Assembly (NCBI GenBank): GCA_963714015.1
Contig: OY970223.1
Span: forward strand, 1,280,001-1,344,000
Source of the DNA: Vulcanimicrobiota bacterium
GTDB lineage: Bacteria; Vulcanimicrobiota; Vulcanimicrobiia; Vulcanimicrobiales; Vulcanimicrobiaceae
Reading direction: 5' to 3'
DNA length: 64,000 nt
Shown one piece after another: positions 1 through 10,210 of the stretch. The notes under the pieces were generated by a model. The model saw nothing but the letters and a program-made list of their open reading frames with translations, did no database searches and was not told where the DNA came from. Position 1 is the first letter of the stretch; every line of letters begins with the position of its first letter. Both the position numbers and the translations under genes were made by a program.

Positions 1-2
1 GC

Positions 3-272
3 GTCTTCGGCGTGAACGACGACTCCGCACTCGGTGCGCTGACGGCCGTCCGTGCAGCGAATGCAAGCGGCATCGCGATTGTCGGGTACGATGCGACGCC
101 GGAGGCCCGTGCCGCAATCAAGAACGGCCAGATGTACGGTGATGCGCTGCAGCATCCCGATCAAATCGGCAAGCTTGCGATCGACGCGATCCGCGACTAC
201 TTCGCCGGAAAGAAAGTGCCGGCGCATGTCGACGTACCGGTCGGAACGTTTACGAAGGCCAACGCGCACTGA
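3..272 (+). CDS. Sugar ABC transporter substrate-binding protein, RbsB-like (5' partial)
   Basis: NDDSALGA...IVGYDAT...QHPDQIG motifs of periplasmic sugar-binding proteins; upstream of ABC ATPase and permease. Confidence 0.85.
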   Translation, partial: VFGVNDDSALGALTAVRAANASGIAIVGYDATPEARAAIKNGQMYGDALQHPDQIGKLAIDAIRDYFAGKKVPAHVDVPVGTFTKANAH

Positions 273-1771
273 GCACTCCGCTGCTGGAGATGCGCGGCAT
301 CGGGAAGTCGTTTCCCGGCGTTCGCGCGCTGGACGGCGTCTCGCTGGACCTTTATGCCGGCGAAGTCCATGCACTAGTCGGCGAAAACGGCGCCGGTAAA
401 TCGACGCTGATGAAGATCCTCGCCGGCGCGCAGCCCGCCGACGCCGGTGAGATCCTCATCGACGGCAAAGCCGTGTGCGATCGACTCGCCGGGGGCCGCA
501 GAAAAACTCGGCGTAGGCATGATCTATCAGGAGTTCAACCTGGTACCGGCGTTGACTGCCGTCGACAACATCGTGCTCGGAAACGAACCGGTGCGAGGAA
601 TTCTGCTGGACGAACGCGCCGCGCGACATCGCGCGGCCGCAGTCTTTACGGAACTCGGCATCAGCGTGCCGCTCAATGCCGAGGTCGGCCGGCTCTCCGT
701 TGCTCAGCAGCAGATGATCGAAATTGCCAAAGTGCTTTCGCGGCACGCCCGCATCATCGTCATGGACGAACCGAGCGCCGCGCTTACCGATCGCGAGATC
801 GACGGGCTCTTCGCCGTCATCGCGCACGCTCAAGGCCCGCGGCAGCGGGCATCTTTTACATCTCGCACCGCATGGAAGAGCTTCCTCGCATTGCGGATCG
901 CATAACGGTGCTGCGCGACGGCAAGGCGATCGAAACGCGAAAAGCTGCGGATTTTCCGCCGGACGACATCGTACGGGCGATGGTGGGCCGCCAACTGGAC
1001 TCGCATTTTCCGGACTTGCCCACCATTGCGGCGAACGCGCCCGTCGTGCTCGAGGTTCGCGACTTGGTGCGCGCGCCCGCAGTAAACGGCGTCTCGTTTC
1101 AAGTTCATGCCGGCGAGATCTTGGGGCTTGCCGGATTGGTGGGCGCCGGGCGTACGGAAACGGTGCGGGCGATCGCCGGCGCGGACGTCCCGCAAAGCGG
1201 ACAGGTTCTGGTAAGCGGTCAGCCGATGCAAATTCGTACGCCGTCCGACGGCATCGATGCGGGCATCGCGTTTATCACCGAGGACCGCAAAGGTCAAGGT
1301 CTCGTACTCGGCATGAGCGTCCGTGAAAATATCACGCTCGCGCAGCTTGGACGATTCGTCAATCGGGAGATGCTGATCGACCGCCGCAAAGAAGAAGATG
1401 CGGCGCAGAAGTACATTGCGGAGTTGCGAATTCGCACGCCCGGCCCCGAGCAACTCGTGCGTAATCTCTCCGGCGGCAATCAGCAGAAAGTGGTCCTGGC
1501 GAAATGGCTGCTCGGTCAGGCCAAAATTTTCCTATTCGACGAGCCGACGCGCGGCATCGACATCGGCGCGAAGGCAGAAATCTACAACTTGATGGTAAAC
1601 CTCGCGCAAGGAGGCGCGGCAATCGTCATGGTCAGCAGCGAGCTTCCGGAGGTCCTGGGGATGTCGCATCGCATTTTAGCAATCCGTCAGGGGCGCGTCG
1701 TGCGCGAATTTACGCGGGCGCAGGCAACTCCCGACGCCGTCATCGCCGCAGCAACGGGAGCGGCCGCATAG
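269..1771 (+). CDS. Sugar ABC transporter ATP-binding protein, RbsA-like (frameshifts near 475 and 830)
   Basis: Walker A GENGAGKST; middle part in frame 447..905 (IYQEFNL, MDEPSAAL); second domain LSGGNQQK, FDEPTRG; start is CTG 269 or ATG 290. Confidence 0.9.
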   Translation: MSTPLLEMRGIGKSFPGVRALDGVSLDLYAGEVHALVGENGAGKSTLMKILAGAQPADAGEILIDGKAVCDRLAGGRRKTRRRHDLSGVQPGTGVDCRRQHRARKRTGARNSAGRTRRATSRGRSLYGTRHQRAAQCRGRPALRCSAADDRNCQSAFAARPHHRHGRTERRAYRSRDRRALRRHRARSRPAAAGIFYISHRMEELPRIADRITVLRDGKAIETRKAADFPPDDIVRAMVGRQLDSHFPDLPTIAANAPVVLEVRDLVRAPAVNGVSFQVHAGEILGLAGLVGAGRTETVRAIAGADVPQSGQVLVSGQPMQIRTPSDGIDAGIAFITEDRKGQGLVLGMSVRENITLAQLGRFVNREMLIDRRKEEDAAQKYIAELRIRTPGPEQLVRNLSGGNQQKVVLAKWLLGQAKIFLFDEPTRGIDIGAKAEIYNLMVNLAQGGAAIVMVSSELPEVLGMSHRILAIRQGRVVREFTRAQATPDAVIAAATGAAA

Positions 1772-2797
1772 TGAACGCCGAAGTCCACGCCGAGATGTCC
1801 AGCGCTGCCGCCGAAAGCCGAAAAAAAGAAACGCGGACGTACTGGCTGCGGGTGCTTTTGGGAATCGTGCTGCTGATCGCCGTCGCCATAGCGATCAACG
1901 CCGCTGCGCACGGTTCTTTTCTCCAACCCGGCAACATCATCCAAGTCCTGCGGCAGATTACGTACAACTGCATCATGGGCGTCGGAGAAACGTTCGTCAT
2001 CATTACGGCCGGCATCGATCTGTCGATCGGTTCGCTGATCTCGCTTTGCGGCGTGATCATGGCGCTTTTTGCGAACGCAACGGGCTTGCACGGTTTCGCG
2101 CTTATCGTGGCGACACTGTTGGTGGGACTCGCGGTCGGCGGCGCAGCCGGATTCATCAACGCGGTTCCGGTCGTCAAGTTGAATCTGCCGCCGTTCATCA
2201 CCACTCTGGCAATGATGCAAGTCGCCCTCGGGCTTTCGTATATTGCCTCCGGCGGCCGTCCGGTGGCGCTGAACTCGACGGATCTCCAAAATACGGGCTT
2301 CGGATCCTTCCTGCATACCGGCATTCCGAATCCGGTGATCTGGATGATCGCCGTGCTTGGTTATCACCTCGATCTTGCTGATGCGCACGCGGTTCGGCCG
2401 CTACGTGTTCGCGCTGGGCGGAAACGAAGAGGCCGCGCGTTTGGCGGGCGTAAAAGTGGGGCAGGTCAAGACGCTCGTCTACGTGATCAGCGGCATGTGT
2501 GCCGCGGTCGTCGGTTTTCTGTACTTGGCGCTCTTTTCGTCCGGCTCGCCGCAGACCGGAACCGGAAGTGAAATGCTCAATGCGATCGCCGCGGTAGTCG
2601 TCGGCGGCACCAGTCTTATGGGCGGGCGCGGAAGCATCGTCGGCACGTTTTTCGGCGCGCTGCTGATCGGGCTGCTCGACAACGCGATGAACTTGTTGGG
2701 AATCAACTCCTACCTGCAGCTCGTCGTGCTCGGCGCGGTTATTCTCCTCGCAGTCGTCGTGGACGAACTGCGTAAGCGGTACTTGCGCAGGGCATAA
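1771..2797 (+). CDS. Sugar ABC transporter permease, RbsC-like (frameshift near 2360)
   Basis: GIDLSIGS, PPFITTL, GGNEEAARLAG, IAAVVVGGTSLMGGRG across two frames. Confidence 0.9.
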
Positions 2798-2807
2798 AGG
2801 ACTCCGT

Positions 2808-4697
2808 ATGTCCGATAGAGCGCGGCGCTCTCGAGCAACCGAGCCGCTCCCCGCGCTGGCATTGGCCGCACTGGGCGTGGTTTTCGGCGATATCGGCACC
2901 AGTCCGCTGTACGCTTTTCAACAGTGTTTTACCGGCGATTTTCCCGCCGCCGCCACGACGCAGAACATTCTCGGGATCTGTTCGCTGATTCTCTGGACGC
3001 TGATCGTCGTCGTTTGCATCAAGTACGTGACGTTCATGATGCGATCCGACTACGACGGCGAAGGCGGTATCCTGGCGCTCCTCGCGCAGATGCTTCCGCC
3101 CAAGCGGACCGCGATGCCGGTCGGTCTGGGGACGCTCGCGCTGATGGTGCTTTTCGGCGCATCTATGCTCTACGGCGACGGCGCGATTACGCCCGCGATC
3201 TCCGTGATCTCGGCGCTGGAGGGCCTGGACGTCTGGACGACTGCGGCGCACCGCTTCATCGTTCCGCTGGCAGCCATCATCCTCGTCGGATTGTTCGCCG
3301 CGCAAAGCCGCGGCACGGGGAAGATCGGCGCGCTCTTCGGGCCTATCATGGTTCTCTGGTTTGCGGCGATCGGCGCAGCGGGCGCGTACCAGATCGTGCT
3401 GCATCCTCACGTGCTCATTGCGCTCTCGCCGATGTACGCCTTCGGATTCATCGTGCACAACGGTTTGCGCAGTCTGCTCATCTTCGGCGCGGTCGTGCTT
3501 TGCGTTACGGGAGCTGAAGCGCTGTATGCGGACCTTGCTCACTTCGGACGGCGCCCCATTACGTACGCTTGGTATTTCGGCGTTTTCCCCGCGCTCGTTC
3601 TGAACTACTTCGGACAGGGCGCGTTCGCGATCGACTCACCCAAAATCATTCAAACGTCGCCGTTCTTCGCAGTCATTCCGCACTTGCTCGTCATTCCGAT
3701 GGTGCTGCTGGCCACGGCCGCTACCGTCATTGCCTCGCAAGCGCTCATCTCCGGCGTCTTTTCTCTCACGTATCAGGCCATGCAACTGGGCTATAGTCCG
3801 CGATTCCGGATCGTGCACACCTCACGCCACTACGCCGGCCAGATATTCATGCCCACCGTAAACACGCTGCTCGGTGTGGTCTGCATCGTCCTCGTCCTGA
3901 CGTTCAAGTCTTCGAATGCACTCGGCGGAGCATACGGTTTGGCGGTTACGATTACCATGCTCACGACGACCATTGCTTACAGCCAGCTGCTTCGCAAGCG
4001 CTGGCAACGGCCGGTGTGGCAGTGGGCGCCGCTGATTTTGCTCTTTCTCTGCTGGGACATTCCGTTTCTTATCGGCAACGCTTCGAAGTTCATCTCCGGC
4101 GGCTGGGTGCCGTTCGTACTGGCCGTTTGGCTGTTCACGCTCTTCACGACCTGGAACCGGGGCCGCCGCCGCATGATGCAAAGCCTGAACGCGCACACGC
4201 TGCCGGTCGAGGAATTCCTAAGGGAAGCAAAAGACGTTCCGCTCATCAGCGGCACGGCGTTCTTCTTGAGTCCCGACCCGCACGGCATTCCGTTCGTATT
4301 GCAGCATCAATATCTGCGCAGCCACATCATCTTCGACAAAGTGATACTGCTCACAGTCATGCACGCCTCGCGGCCCTTCGTCCACGCGGACAACCGTTTG
4401 GAGATCGAAGATTTGGCGCCGCGCCTGATGCGAGTGAAGGCCTGGTACGGCTTCATGCAAGAGCCGGGTATCCGCGACATCCTGCACCAACTGCGCAAAA
4501 AGCGGCCGGATGCCGACTTTTCTCACCCGACGTACTACCTCGCCAGCCCGAAAATTCGCGACGATCACAAGAACGGATTGCCGAGATGGCAACGCAACCT
4601 GTTCCGCTGGATGAATCGAAACGCGCGCCCCCTCACCGACACGCTGGGATTACCTCCGAACAACGTCATCGAGTTCGGCGTAGAAGTCCGCATTTAG
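2808..4697 (+). CDS. kup: KUP/HAK/KT potassium transporter
   Basis: GVVFGDIGTSPLY, GEGGILAL, GDGAITPAISV, GAEALYADLAHF. Confidence 0.95.
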   Translation: MSDRARRSRATEPLPALALAALGVVFGDIGTSPLYAFQQCFTGDFPAAATTQNILGICSLILWTLIVVVCIKYVTFMMRSDYDGEGGILALLAQMLPPKRTAMPVGLGTLALMVLFGASMLYGDGAITPAISVISALEGLDVWTTAAHRFIVPLAAIILVGLFAAQSRGTGKIGALFGPIMVLWFAAIGAAGAYQIVLHPHVLIALSPMYAFGFIVHNGLRSLLIFGAVVLCVTGAEALYADLAHFGRRPITYAWYFGVFPALVLNYFGQGAFAIDSPKIIQTSPFFAVIPHLLVIPMVLLATAATVIASQALISGVFSLTYQAMQLGYSPRFRIVHTSRHYAGQIFMPTVNTLLGVVCIVLVLTFKSSNALGGAYGLAVTITMLTTTIAYSQLLRKRWQRPVWQWAPLILLFLCWDIPFLIGNASKFISGGWVPFVLAVWLFTLFTTWNRGRRRMMQSLNAHTLPVEEFLREAKDVPLISGTAFFLSPDPHGIPFVLQHQYLRSHIIFDKVILLTVMHASRPFVHADNRLEIEDLAPRLMRVKAWYGFMQEPGIRDILHQLRKKRPDADFSHPTYYLASPKIRDDHKNGLPRWQRNLFRWMNRNARPLTDTLGLPPNNVIEFGVEVRI

Positions 4698-4699
4698 CG

Positions 4700-5368
4700 C
4701 TAAAACGGAAAGTCGTTGTCCGTCAGTCCGACGTTGGTTTTGATCTCCGAAAACGCTTCGTCCGCAACCACTTTGTCGCCCTGATAGCGCTGCTGGCGCA
4801 CGGGGAAGTGGGTCGTCTTGTCAAGGTCGATGACCATGCGCGTGACGCCTTGATTCTGCGACGGATCCGCGACGGTCAAGTCGAGCTCGTCCGTCGGCTT
4901 GCCGTCGACGTCGGGGCCGTTCTTCTGCGTGAGATCGCCCTTGATCGTTTTGTACTTGTCGACTTCGTTCTGCATCAAGCCGTCGGGAATCGTATAGCCG
5001 CGCAGCGACGTAGCCTGCGGATCGTGTACGGGTACCGTCCGTGAGAACGTTGCGAAAAGGACTTTCTTGTGCCCTTTGACCGTGTCGCCGCCTTTCCACA
5101 CGCCGCCGCTTCCCGCGCCGTCACCCGAGACGATGTCGACCTTCGCCAACGCCGGCCGTTTGAACGCGTAATGGTAGACGCGGTCTTGCGTCGAGTTGCC
5201 CAGGACTTCGTGCGCCTTGACAGTCATCGTGTAATCGTTGATCTTCGCGAACGCGTCGTCGAACGCGGTAATGGCGGGCGCGCCGGCTGCGGATGCGGGC
5301 ACGGCAATCAGCCAAGCGGTGAAAGCAAAAAGCGGAAGGCTGCAAAGCAGCGCGCGGGCATTCTTCAT
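4700..5368 (-). CDS. Secreted protein, LolA/outer-membrane lipoprotein carrier-like fold
   Basis: Signal peptide; beta-rich pattern (YAFKRP, IDLDKTTHFPV) and C-terminal NVGLTDNDF resembling LolA-like proteins. Confidence 0.55.
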   Translation of the reverse strand: MKNARALLCSLPLFAFTAWLIAVPASAAGAPAITAFDDAFAKINDYTMTVKAHEVLGNSTQDRVYHYAFKRPALAKVDIVSGDGAGSGGVWKGGDTVKGHKKVLFATFSRTVPVHDPQATSLRGYTIPDGLMQNEVDKYKTIKGDLTQKNGPDVDGKPTDELDLTVADPSQNQGVTRMVIDLDKTTHFPVRQQRYQGDKVVADEAFSEIKTNVGLTDNDFPF

Positions 5369-6003
5369 CCCGGGGTATTCTCTTGGATCTGGTCGTTTCC
5401 GCTCCCGGCCGGCTGGTCTACCAAAACTGTACCGTGTTTGCCCTCGACGCCGATGAGCACGTCGCATTTTGCGTTGGCGGCAATTTCCTCGATGTCCCGG
5501 CCCAACGGAGCGCCGGTATACTTCCCTTCCAGGTACGAGCCGAGCATGATCAGGTTAGCCTTCTCGCTCTTGGCTCGGTCGAGTACGGCTTGACCCGTTT
5601 CGCGCGCCTTCAATATCTCGGTGCGGATGCTCACGCCGCTGCGCATGGCCATCGTTTCTGCTGCACCTAATGCGTCCAGTGCGGCGCGTTCTTCCTCCGG
5701 CATTCCGGCATCGGGCGGCAGCGTGAACGGTACTTCGATCACGTAAATCGCAAGCAGATCGGATTTCTCGCCGCGGGCAATGCGGGCTGCGAGCGCCATC
5801 ATCGGACCGGAGTTGATCTCCGGCGCAAATACGACGATAACGCTGCCGAGTTGGCGCTCCAACTCCGTCTCGGCTTGAGTGGCGAGCTTTTGCACGAATG
5901 ACGTGGGCGGATGCAGCATCCACCACAGGACGGAGTACACCGCGGCGGCCAGCGCAACCGCGATAATTGCGCCCGAAGGCGAGACCGCGGCAATCAGCGT
6001 CAT
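5365..6003 (-). CDS. Universal stress protein with N-terminal TM helix
   Basis: AIYVIEVP, ANLIMLGS, ANAKCDVLI USP-type motifs. Confidence 0.8.
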   Translation of the reverse strand: MTLIAAVSPSGAIIAVALAAAVYSVLWWMLHPPTSFVQKLATQAETELERQLGSVIVVFAPEINSGPMMALAARIARGEKSDLLAIYVIEVPFTLPPDAGMPEEERAALDALGAAETMAMRSGVSIRTEILKARETGQAVLDRAKSEKANLIMLGSYLEGKYTGAPLGRDIEEIAANAKCDVLIGVEGKHGTVLVDQPAGSGNDQIQENTPG

Positions 6004-6185
6004 GGTTGAGGTGCGCGTCCCTTCAGGAAGGTGAAAATACGATAAACACCCAGCGCCATTAACAGCAGACCGAAGATTATTCCAGTCGCCAATTCCCAAT
6101 GCAGGCCTCCGGCGGCGAGACGCACCACGATGAGTGCCCCAAGCACGACGTACAGTGCGTAAAACGCCAAACGCACCGGAATCAT
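6000..6185 (-). CDS. Small two-TM membrane protein
   Basis: 61 aa hydrophobic ORF with 4-bp overlaps to both neighbours. Confidence 0.7.
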   Translation of the reverse strand: MIPVRLAFYALYVVLGALIVVRLAAGGLHWELATGIIFGLLLMALGVYRIFTFLKGRAPQP

Positions 6186-7801
6186 CGAGGCACGCCCTTT
6201 GCGCGCGCGTCTGCGGCCTTCACGTTTTGCAGATACTCGTCCATCAATTCCAGCTCGCCCGCGTTGCGCAGAATCTCGCTCTGGGCGGAGCGAAAGTCGC
6301 GCGGCTGGGAACCGAACACCGGAAAGCCCTTATTTCGGCGATACCAGATGTAACAGAGTACGCCTGCGAGCAGCCACAGCGGTCCCGCTATTCGCCCGAT
6401 GTCGTGCGTGATCAGCGTGAATGCAAGAATCGATGCGATGCCGATAAAGCCGAACACGGCGATGACGGGAAACTCCACGCGCTCGCCGCGGTACTGCATC
6501 GGCACGTTCAGCGGCATCTTGAATTTGCGCGGGCTGAACGGATCGCGCAAACGGAGCGCAATGAGCGCGATGAACACGAACGAATAACTGGTCGCCGCGC
6601 CGAAAGCATAGAGATCGCCCAAAAACGTGATGCCGTCCTCGCCGTGAAACAGCCGGCTATACGTAGCGCGCGCCGTGGGATCGAGGCCGGGAAGTGCCGC
6701 AAACACCAGCTCGACGAACGCCAAGGCGCAGAACGTCACGATGGAGATCGCCGGCGTGCGGAAGCGGCGGTGCACGCGCTGGAATATCGAAGGCAGCAAC
6801 TTGGCGGAGCTCATTGCATAGGCGATGCGCGAGCTGCCGAAGACGCCCGAGTTGCTGGAGATCAGCAGTAGGATGGCGCCGAGTATCGGGACGTAGTACT
6901 GTGCAATGAGTCCCCAATACGGAACCTGAGCGGCCAAAAGCGCGACGCCCTTGCCTTGATTATCGCTGCTGTTGGGGAATATTTGCCAGAACGCAATCGC
7001 GTGTCCGGCGCGGTCGTGCAGAGTATGCCAAGGGTGCATCCCCAGCGCCAGGTTCGAATATCCCAGCGCGAAGATCAGAATCGTGAGGATCAGTGCGAGC
7101 GAAGTGCGCGGAATCACCGACGCCGGCCGCTGCGTCTCTTGTGCCGCCTGCGATATCGATTCGAGTCCGACGAAGGAAATGATCGCGAGCGAGACACCTT
7201 GCATGAGCGCGAACGGTGAGGGCCAAGCGGTCTGCATGGTATGCACGAGAAGCCCCGGATCGAATGCGAACAAAAACGCGAAGCAGAGGATAAGCGTTTC
7301 GCTCAACACGTCGATGGCGCTGACCGACCCTTGAAACGCCGTGCTTTCGCGTACTCCTAGAACGTTGAGTCCGCACAGGCCGGCAATCAAAATGGTCACC
7401 GCGGCGAAATGGACCCACGGGTGCAGCGAGGACACGAACTGGGGCGCCAACTGTGAGAGATAGTCTACGCATGACCAAGCGAACAGCGTGACGTCGATGG
7501 TGAAGTCCAGCAGCACCGCCCACCCGGCTACGAATCCAAAGAAATCGCCTAGGCCGCGCATCACGAAGTATTGGCCGCCGCCTGCGACGGGATACGTTGC
7601 GGCGAGCTCCGTGTAGGCGAGGCCGATCAAGACGTAAACGATGCCTGCGAAAAGAAAGGCGACGTTCGACGCGCCCGCCGCATAGGCCAGGACCAATCCA
7701 AGCCCGACGAAGATGTCGGCCCCGACGTCGGAGTAGCCCCATGCGAACGAGCCCCATGGGGTTACCGCGCGGCGCAGTTCCGGTTTTCGCTCCTCGGGCA
7801 T
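6182..7801 (-). CDS. APC family amino acid/polyamine/cation permease
   Basis: About 12 TM; YTELAATYPVAGG, SFVGLESISQAAQE, SSRIAYAMS. Confidence 0.9.
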   Translation of the reverse strand: MPEERKPELRRAVTPWGSFAWGYSDVGADIFVGLGLVLAYAAGASNVAFLFAGIVYVLIGLAYTELAATYPVAGGGQYFVMRGLGDFFGFVAGWAVLLDFTIDVTLFAWSCVDYLSQLAPQFVSSLHPWVHFAAVTILIAGLCGLNVLGVRESTAFQGSVSAIDVLSETLILCFAFLFAFDPGLLVHTMQTAWPSPFALMQGVSLAIISFVGLESISQAAQETQRPASVIPRTSLALILTILIFALGYSNLALGMHPWHTLHDRAGHAIAFWQIFPNSSDNQGKGVALLAAQVPYWGLIAQYYVPILGAILLLISSNSGVFGSSRIAYAMSSAKLLPSIFQRVHRRFRTPAISIVTFCALAFVELVFAALPGLDPTARATYSRLFHGEDGITFLGDLYAFGAATSYSFVFIALIALRLRDPFSPRKFKMPLNVPMQYRGERVEFPVIAVFGFIGIASILAFTLITHDIGRIAGPLWLLAGVLCYIWYRRNKGFPVFGSQPRDFRSAQSEILRNAGELELMDEYLQNVKAADARAKGVPR

Positions 7802-7817
7802 GGCTATTCGCAGGCCA

Positions 7818-9068
7818 CTAGTAGCCTATCGCGGTGCGCTCCAAGGCGTTGATGAGATATTCGGTTTCGCTCATCTGCTCCGACAGATCGTAATCGCGGA
7901 AGACTTCGAGCGCTTCGTTCAGCTTGTTGACGCCGTCGCGCAGCTCCTCGCGCTCGCGCAATCCGTCGGACGCTTTTTGCAGAATCATCGTGCCGTATTT
8001 GAGCGCCGTCTTGGCGTACTCCAAGCGGTTGTCGACCGCGGCCAGTTCGTGCAGCGCGGCCAGAAAGTTGTTCTTGGCCTCGTCGTACCGTCGCCGGCGC
8101 GTCGCCAGCATGCCTTTGAGCACCGCTTCGTACGCGTCGTTCCGGTTGCGCGACGGTGCGAGTGCGCGATCGATCGCTTGGCGCAGCTCCGGATTGTTCT
8201 GCGGCGGCGGTTTGCGCTGTTCGCCCGATTTTTTGGAAGCGGCCGAAGGAGAGAGCAGCACGTTGAGATCGGCGATGTAGTCGCGCGCCGTTTGGTATCG
8301 TTTGCCCGGATCCTTGTCGATGGCGCGCATAATGACGCGTTCGAGCGGTTCGGGGATGTTGCGATTGATCTCGTGCGGGGGCGTAGGCGCGTCGTGCACG
8401 TGTGAAAAGATCGTTGCAACCAAGTCGTCCTTGTCGTTCCGGAACGGCACGGTGCCCGTGAATATTTCGTACATGACGATGCCGACGGAGTAGAGGTCGC
8501 TTCGAACGTCCGCGGGTTTGCTAAGGAAGCGCTCGGGCGCGAGATAGCCGATGGTTCCGACGATCTGACCTGTGCGCGTCGTCTGCGTCATGTCGCTCGT
8601 GCGGCGCGCGAGGCCGAAGTCCATGACTTTGACGTGCTTTCCGTCCTCTATCGTCATGATGTTGGACGGCTTGATGTCGCGATGGATCGTGCTTTCGTTG
8701 TGCGCGTACTCGAGCGCCTCGAGTATGTCGATCAGGTAGGTCAGCGCTTGACGATAGGAGATCGAACCGCCCTCGAGATCCCGCAGGGTCTTGCCCCGCA
8801 CCAACTCCATGATGATGAACGAGATGCCGGATTCTTGTCCGACGTCGAACACCTGAACGATGCGCGGATGGTTGAGCTTGGCCATCGCCTGCGCCTCGCG
8901 CAGGAACCGCTGATTGACGTCGTCGGAACGGTCGATCAGCACCTTGATCGCCACTTCACGCTGGAGGGTGCGGTCCAACGCGCGGTACGTGTCTGCCGTC
9001 CCGCCCCGGCCGATCAGCTCCAGAATCTCGTAACGGCCGCCCAGTGTCCGCCCGATAAACGTGTCCAT
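7818..9068 (-). CDS. Hanks-type Ser/Thr protein kinase with C-terminal helical (TPR-like) domain
   Basis: GRGGTA, VAIK, HRDIKPSN, DFGLAR, YLAPE; no TM or PASTA repeats. Confidence 0.93.
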   Translation of the reverse strand: MDTFIGRTLGGRYEILELIGRGGTADTYRALDRTLQREVAIKVLIDRSDDVNQRFLREAQAMAKLNHPRIVQVFDVGQESGISFIIMELVRGKTLRDLEGGSISYRQALTYLIDILEALEYAHNESTIHRDIKPSNIMTIEDGKHVKVMDFGLARRTSDMTQTTRTGQIVGTIGYLAPERFLSKPADVRSDLYSVGIVMYEIFTGTVPFRNDKDDLVATIFSHVHDAPTPPHEINRNIPEPLERVIMRAIDKDPGKRYQTARDYIADLNVLLSPSAASKKSGEQRKPPPQNNPELRQAIDRALAPSRNRNDAYEAVLKGMLATRRRRYDEAKNNFLAALHELAAVDNRLEYAKTALKYGTMILQKASDGLREREELRDGVNKLNEALEVFRDYDLSEQMSETEYLINALERTAIGY

Positions 9069-9147
9069 CTAAAAGGCGCTCCGCCCGGAAAGGCGCTGCG
9101 GCCTAACCTCCGCCCGGGAGGGCCGCGCGCCGGTCAACAAACCCATG

Positions 9148-9489
9148 TCAAAAAGCATTCCGGTGCAGGGTCATGCGTTCTCCGTCAACTGCCACCACGT
9201 CGAAGCGGACGAGGGCATTCGGAGCGACGATTTGCACGTAATCGGCCGCGAGCCTGCGAAGCGTCGCCCGTTTACGCGCGTCGACTGCGCAGAACGCCGA
9301 GCCGAAGCTGCGCGACGTCCGGCTTTTTACCTCGACGAAGACGATGGTCGAGCCGTCACGGCAGACAAGGTCGACTTCCCCGCCCGGCAGGCGCAGATTG
9401 CGCGTGACGACGTTGTACCCGGCCTCTTCGAGAAAGGCCGCTGCACGGGACTCACCTTGCCGCCCCTTTGCTCCGTTACTGCTGGGCAA
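9148..9489 (-). CDS. yraN: YraN family nuclease
   Basis: GRQGESRAAAFL, GEVDLV, FVEVKSR, RFDVVAV; follows rnhB; start approximate. Confidence 0.9.
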   Translation of the reverse strand: MPSSNGAKGRQGESRAAAFLEEAGYNVVTRNLRLPGGEVDLVCRDGSTIVFVEVKSRTSRSFGSAFCAVDARKRATLRRLAADYVQIVAPNALVRFDVVAVDGERMTLHRNAF

Positions 9490-10210
9490 GCACGCCTTCG
9501 GCGAAAGCCGCCTCGAACGGATTGGGCGCATGCGCCTCCCAGCCGAAGGCGAGCTGCGCTTCGCGCACTCTCCACCAGCCGGACCGGTGGTGGACCGAGG
9601 GGCCGTGTTCCTTGAGCGCGGCGATGTGCTCGGGAGTGGCATATCCCTTATGGTCGGCAAATCCGTAGCGCGGCTCGACTTCGTGCAGTTCGGCGAGCAT
9701 CCGATCGCGATGGACCTTGGCGACGATGGAGGCGGCAGCAATCACCGCGCAGCGCGCATCGCCCTTTATCAGCGGCTCTTGCGGGCCCACGAAGGAGCGA
9801 ATCCTCACCGCGTCCGTGAGGAGGTATTGGGGCCCGACGGAGAGCGCCGCGATAGCGCGCTCCATTGCAAGTACGCTCGCCCAATAGATGTTCAGACGGT
9901 CGATCTCCTCGACGCTCGCTTCGCCGACGGCCCATGCAGCGCACTCTTTTTTGATCTGCTCGGCGATAATCGCGCGCAGCTCCGGCCGGACTTGCTTGGA
10001 ATCGTTGAGCCCGCGGATCATCATCGGATGGGCGCACACGACGCATGCGGCAACCACCGGACCGGCAAGCGGACCGCGTCCGACCTCGTCGACGCCGCCG
10101 ACGAATTGGTATCCCTGCCGGCGAGCTGCTTTTTCGATGGCGTGAATGCGATGGAGACGCCTGCGCTCGCGCTCGTAGGCGTTCTTAGCCTTACGCTGCT
10201 TGGGCGTCAT
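9476..10210 (-). CDS. rnhB: Ribonuclease HII
   Basis: GVDEVGRGPLAGPV, LNDSK, IAAASIVAKV, HKGY. Confidence 0.95.
   Translation of the reverse strand: MTPKQRKAKNAYERERRRLHRIHAIEKAARRQGYQFVGGVDEVGRGPLAGPVVAACVVCAHPMMIRGLNDSKQVRPELRAIIAEQIKKECAAWAVGEASVEEIDRLNIYWASVLAMERAIAALSVGPQYLLTDAVRIRSFVGPQEPLIKGDARCAVIAAASIVAKVHRDRMLAELHEVEPRYGFADHKGYATPEHIAALKEHGPSVHHRSGWWRVREAQLAFGWEAHAPNPFEAAFAEGVLAQQ

Noticed and set aside
9069..9140. Short repeats AAAGGCGCT x2 and CTCCGCCCGG x2 upstream of the kinase
   Set aside because: Short and GC-rich with no coherent promoter spacing
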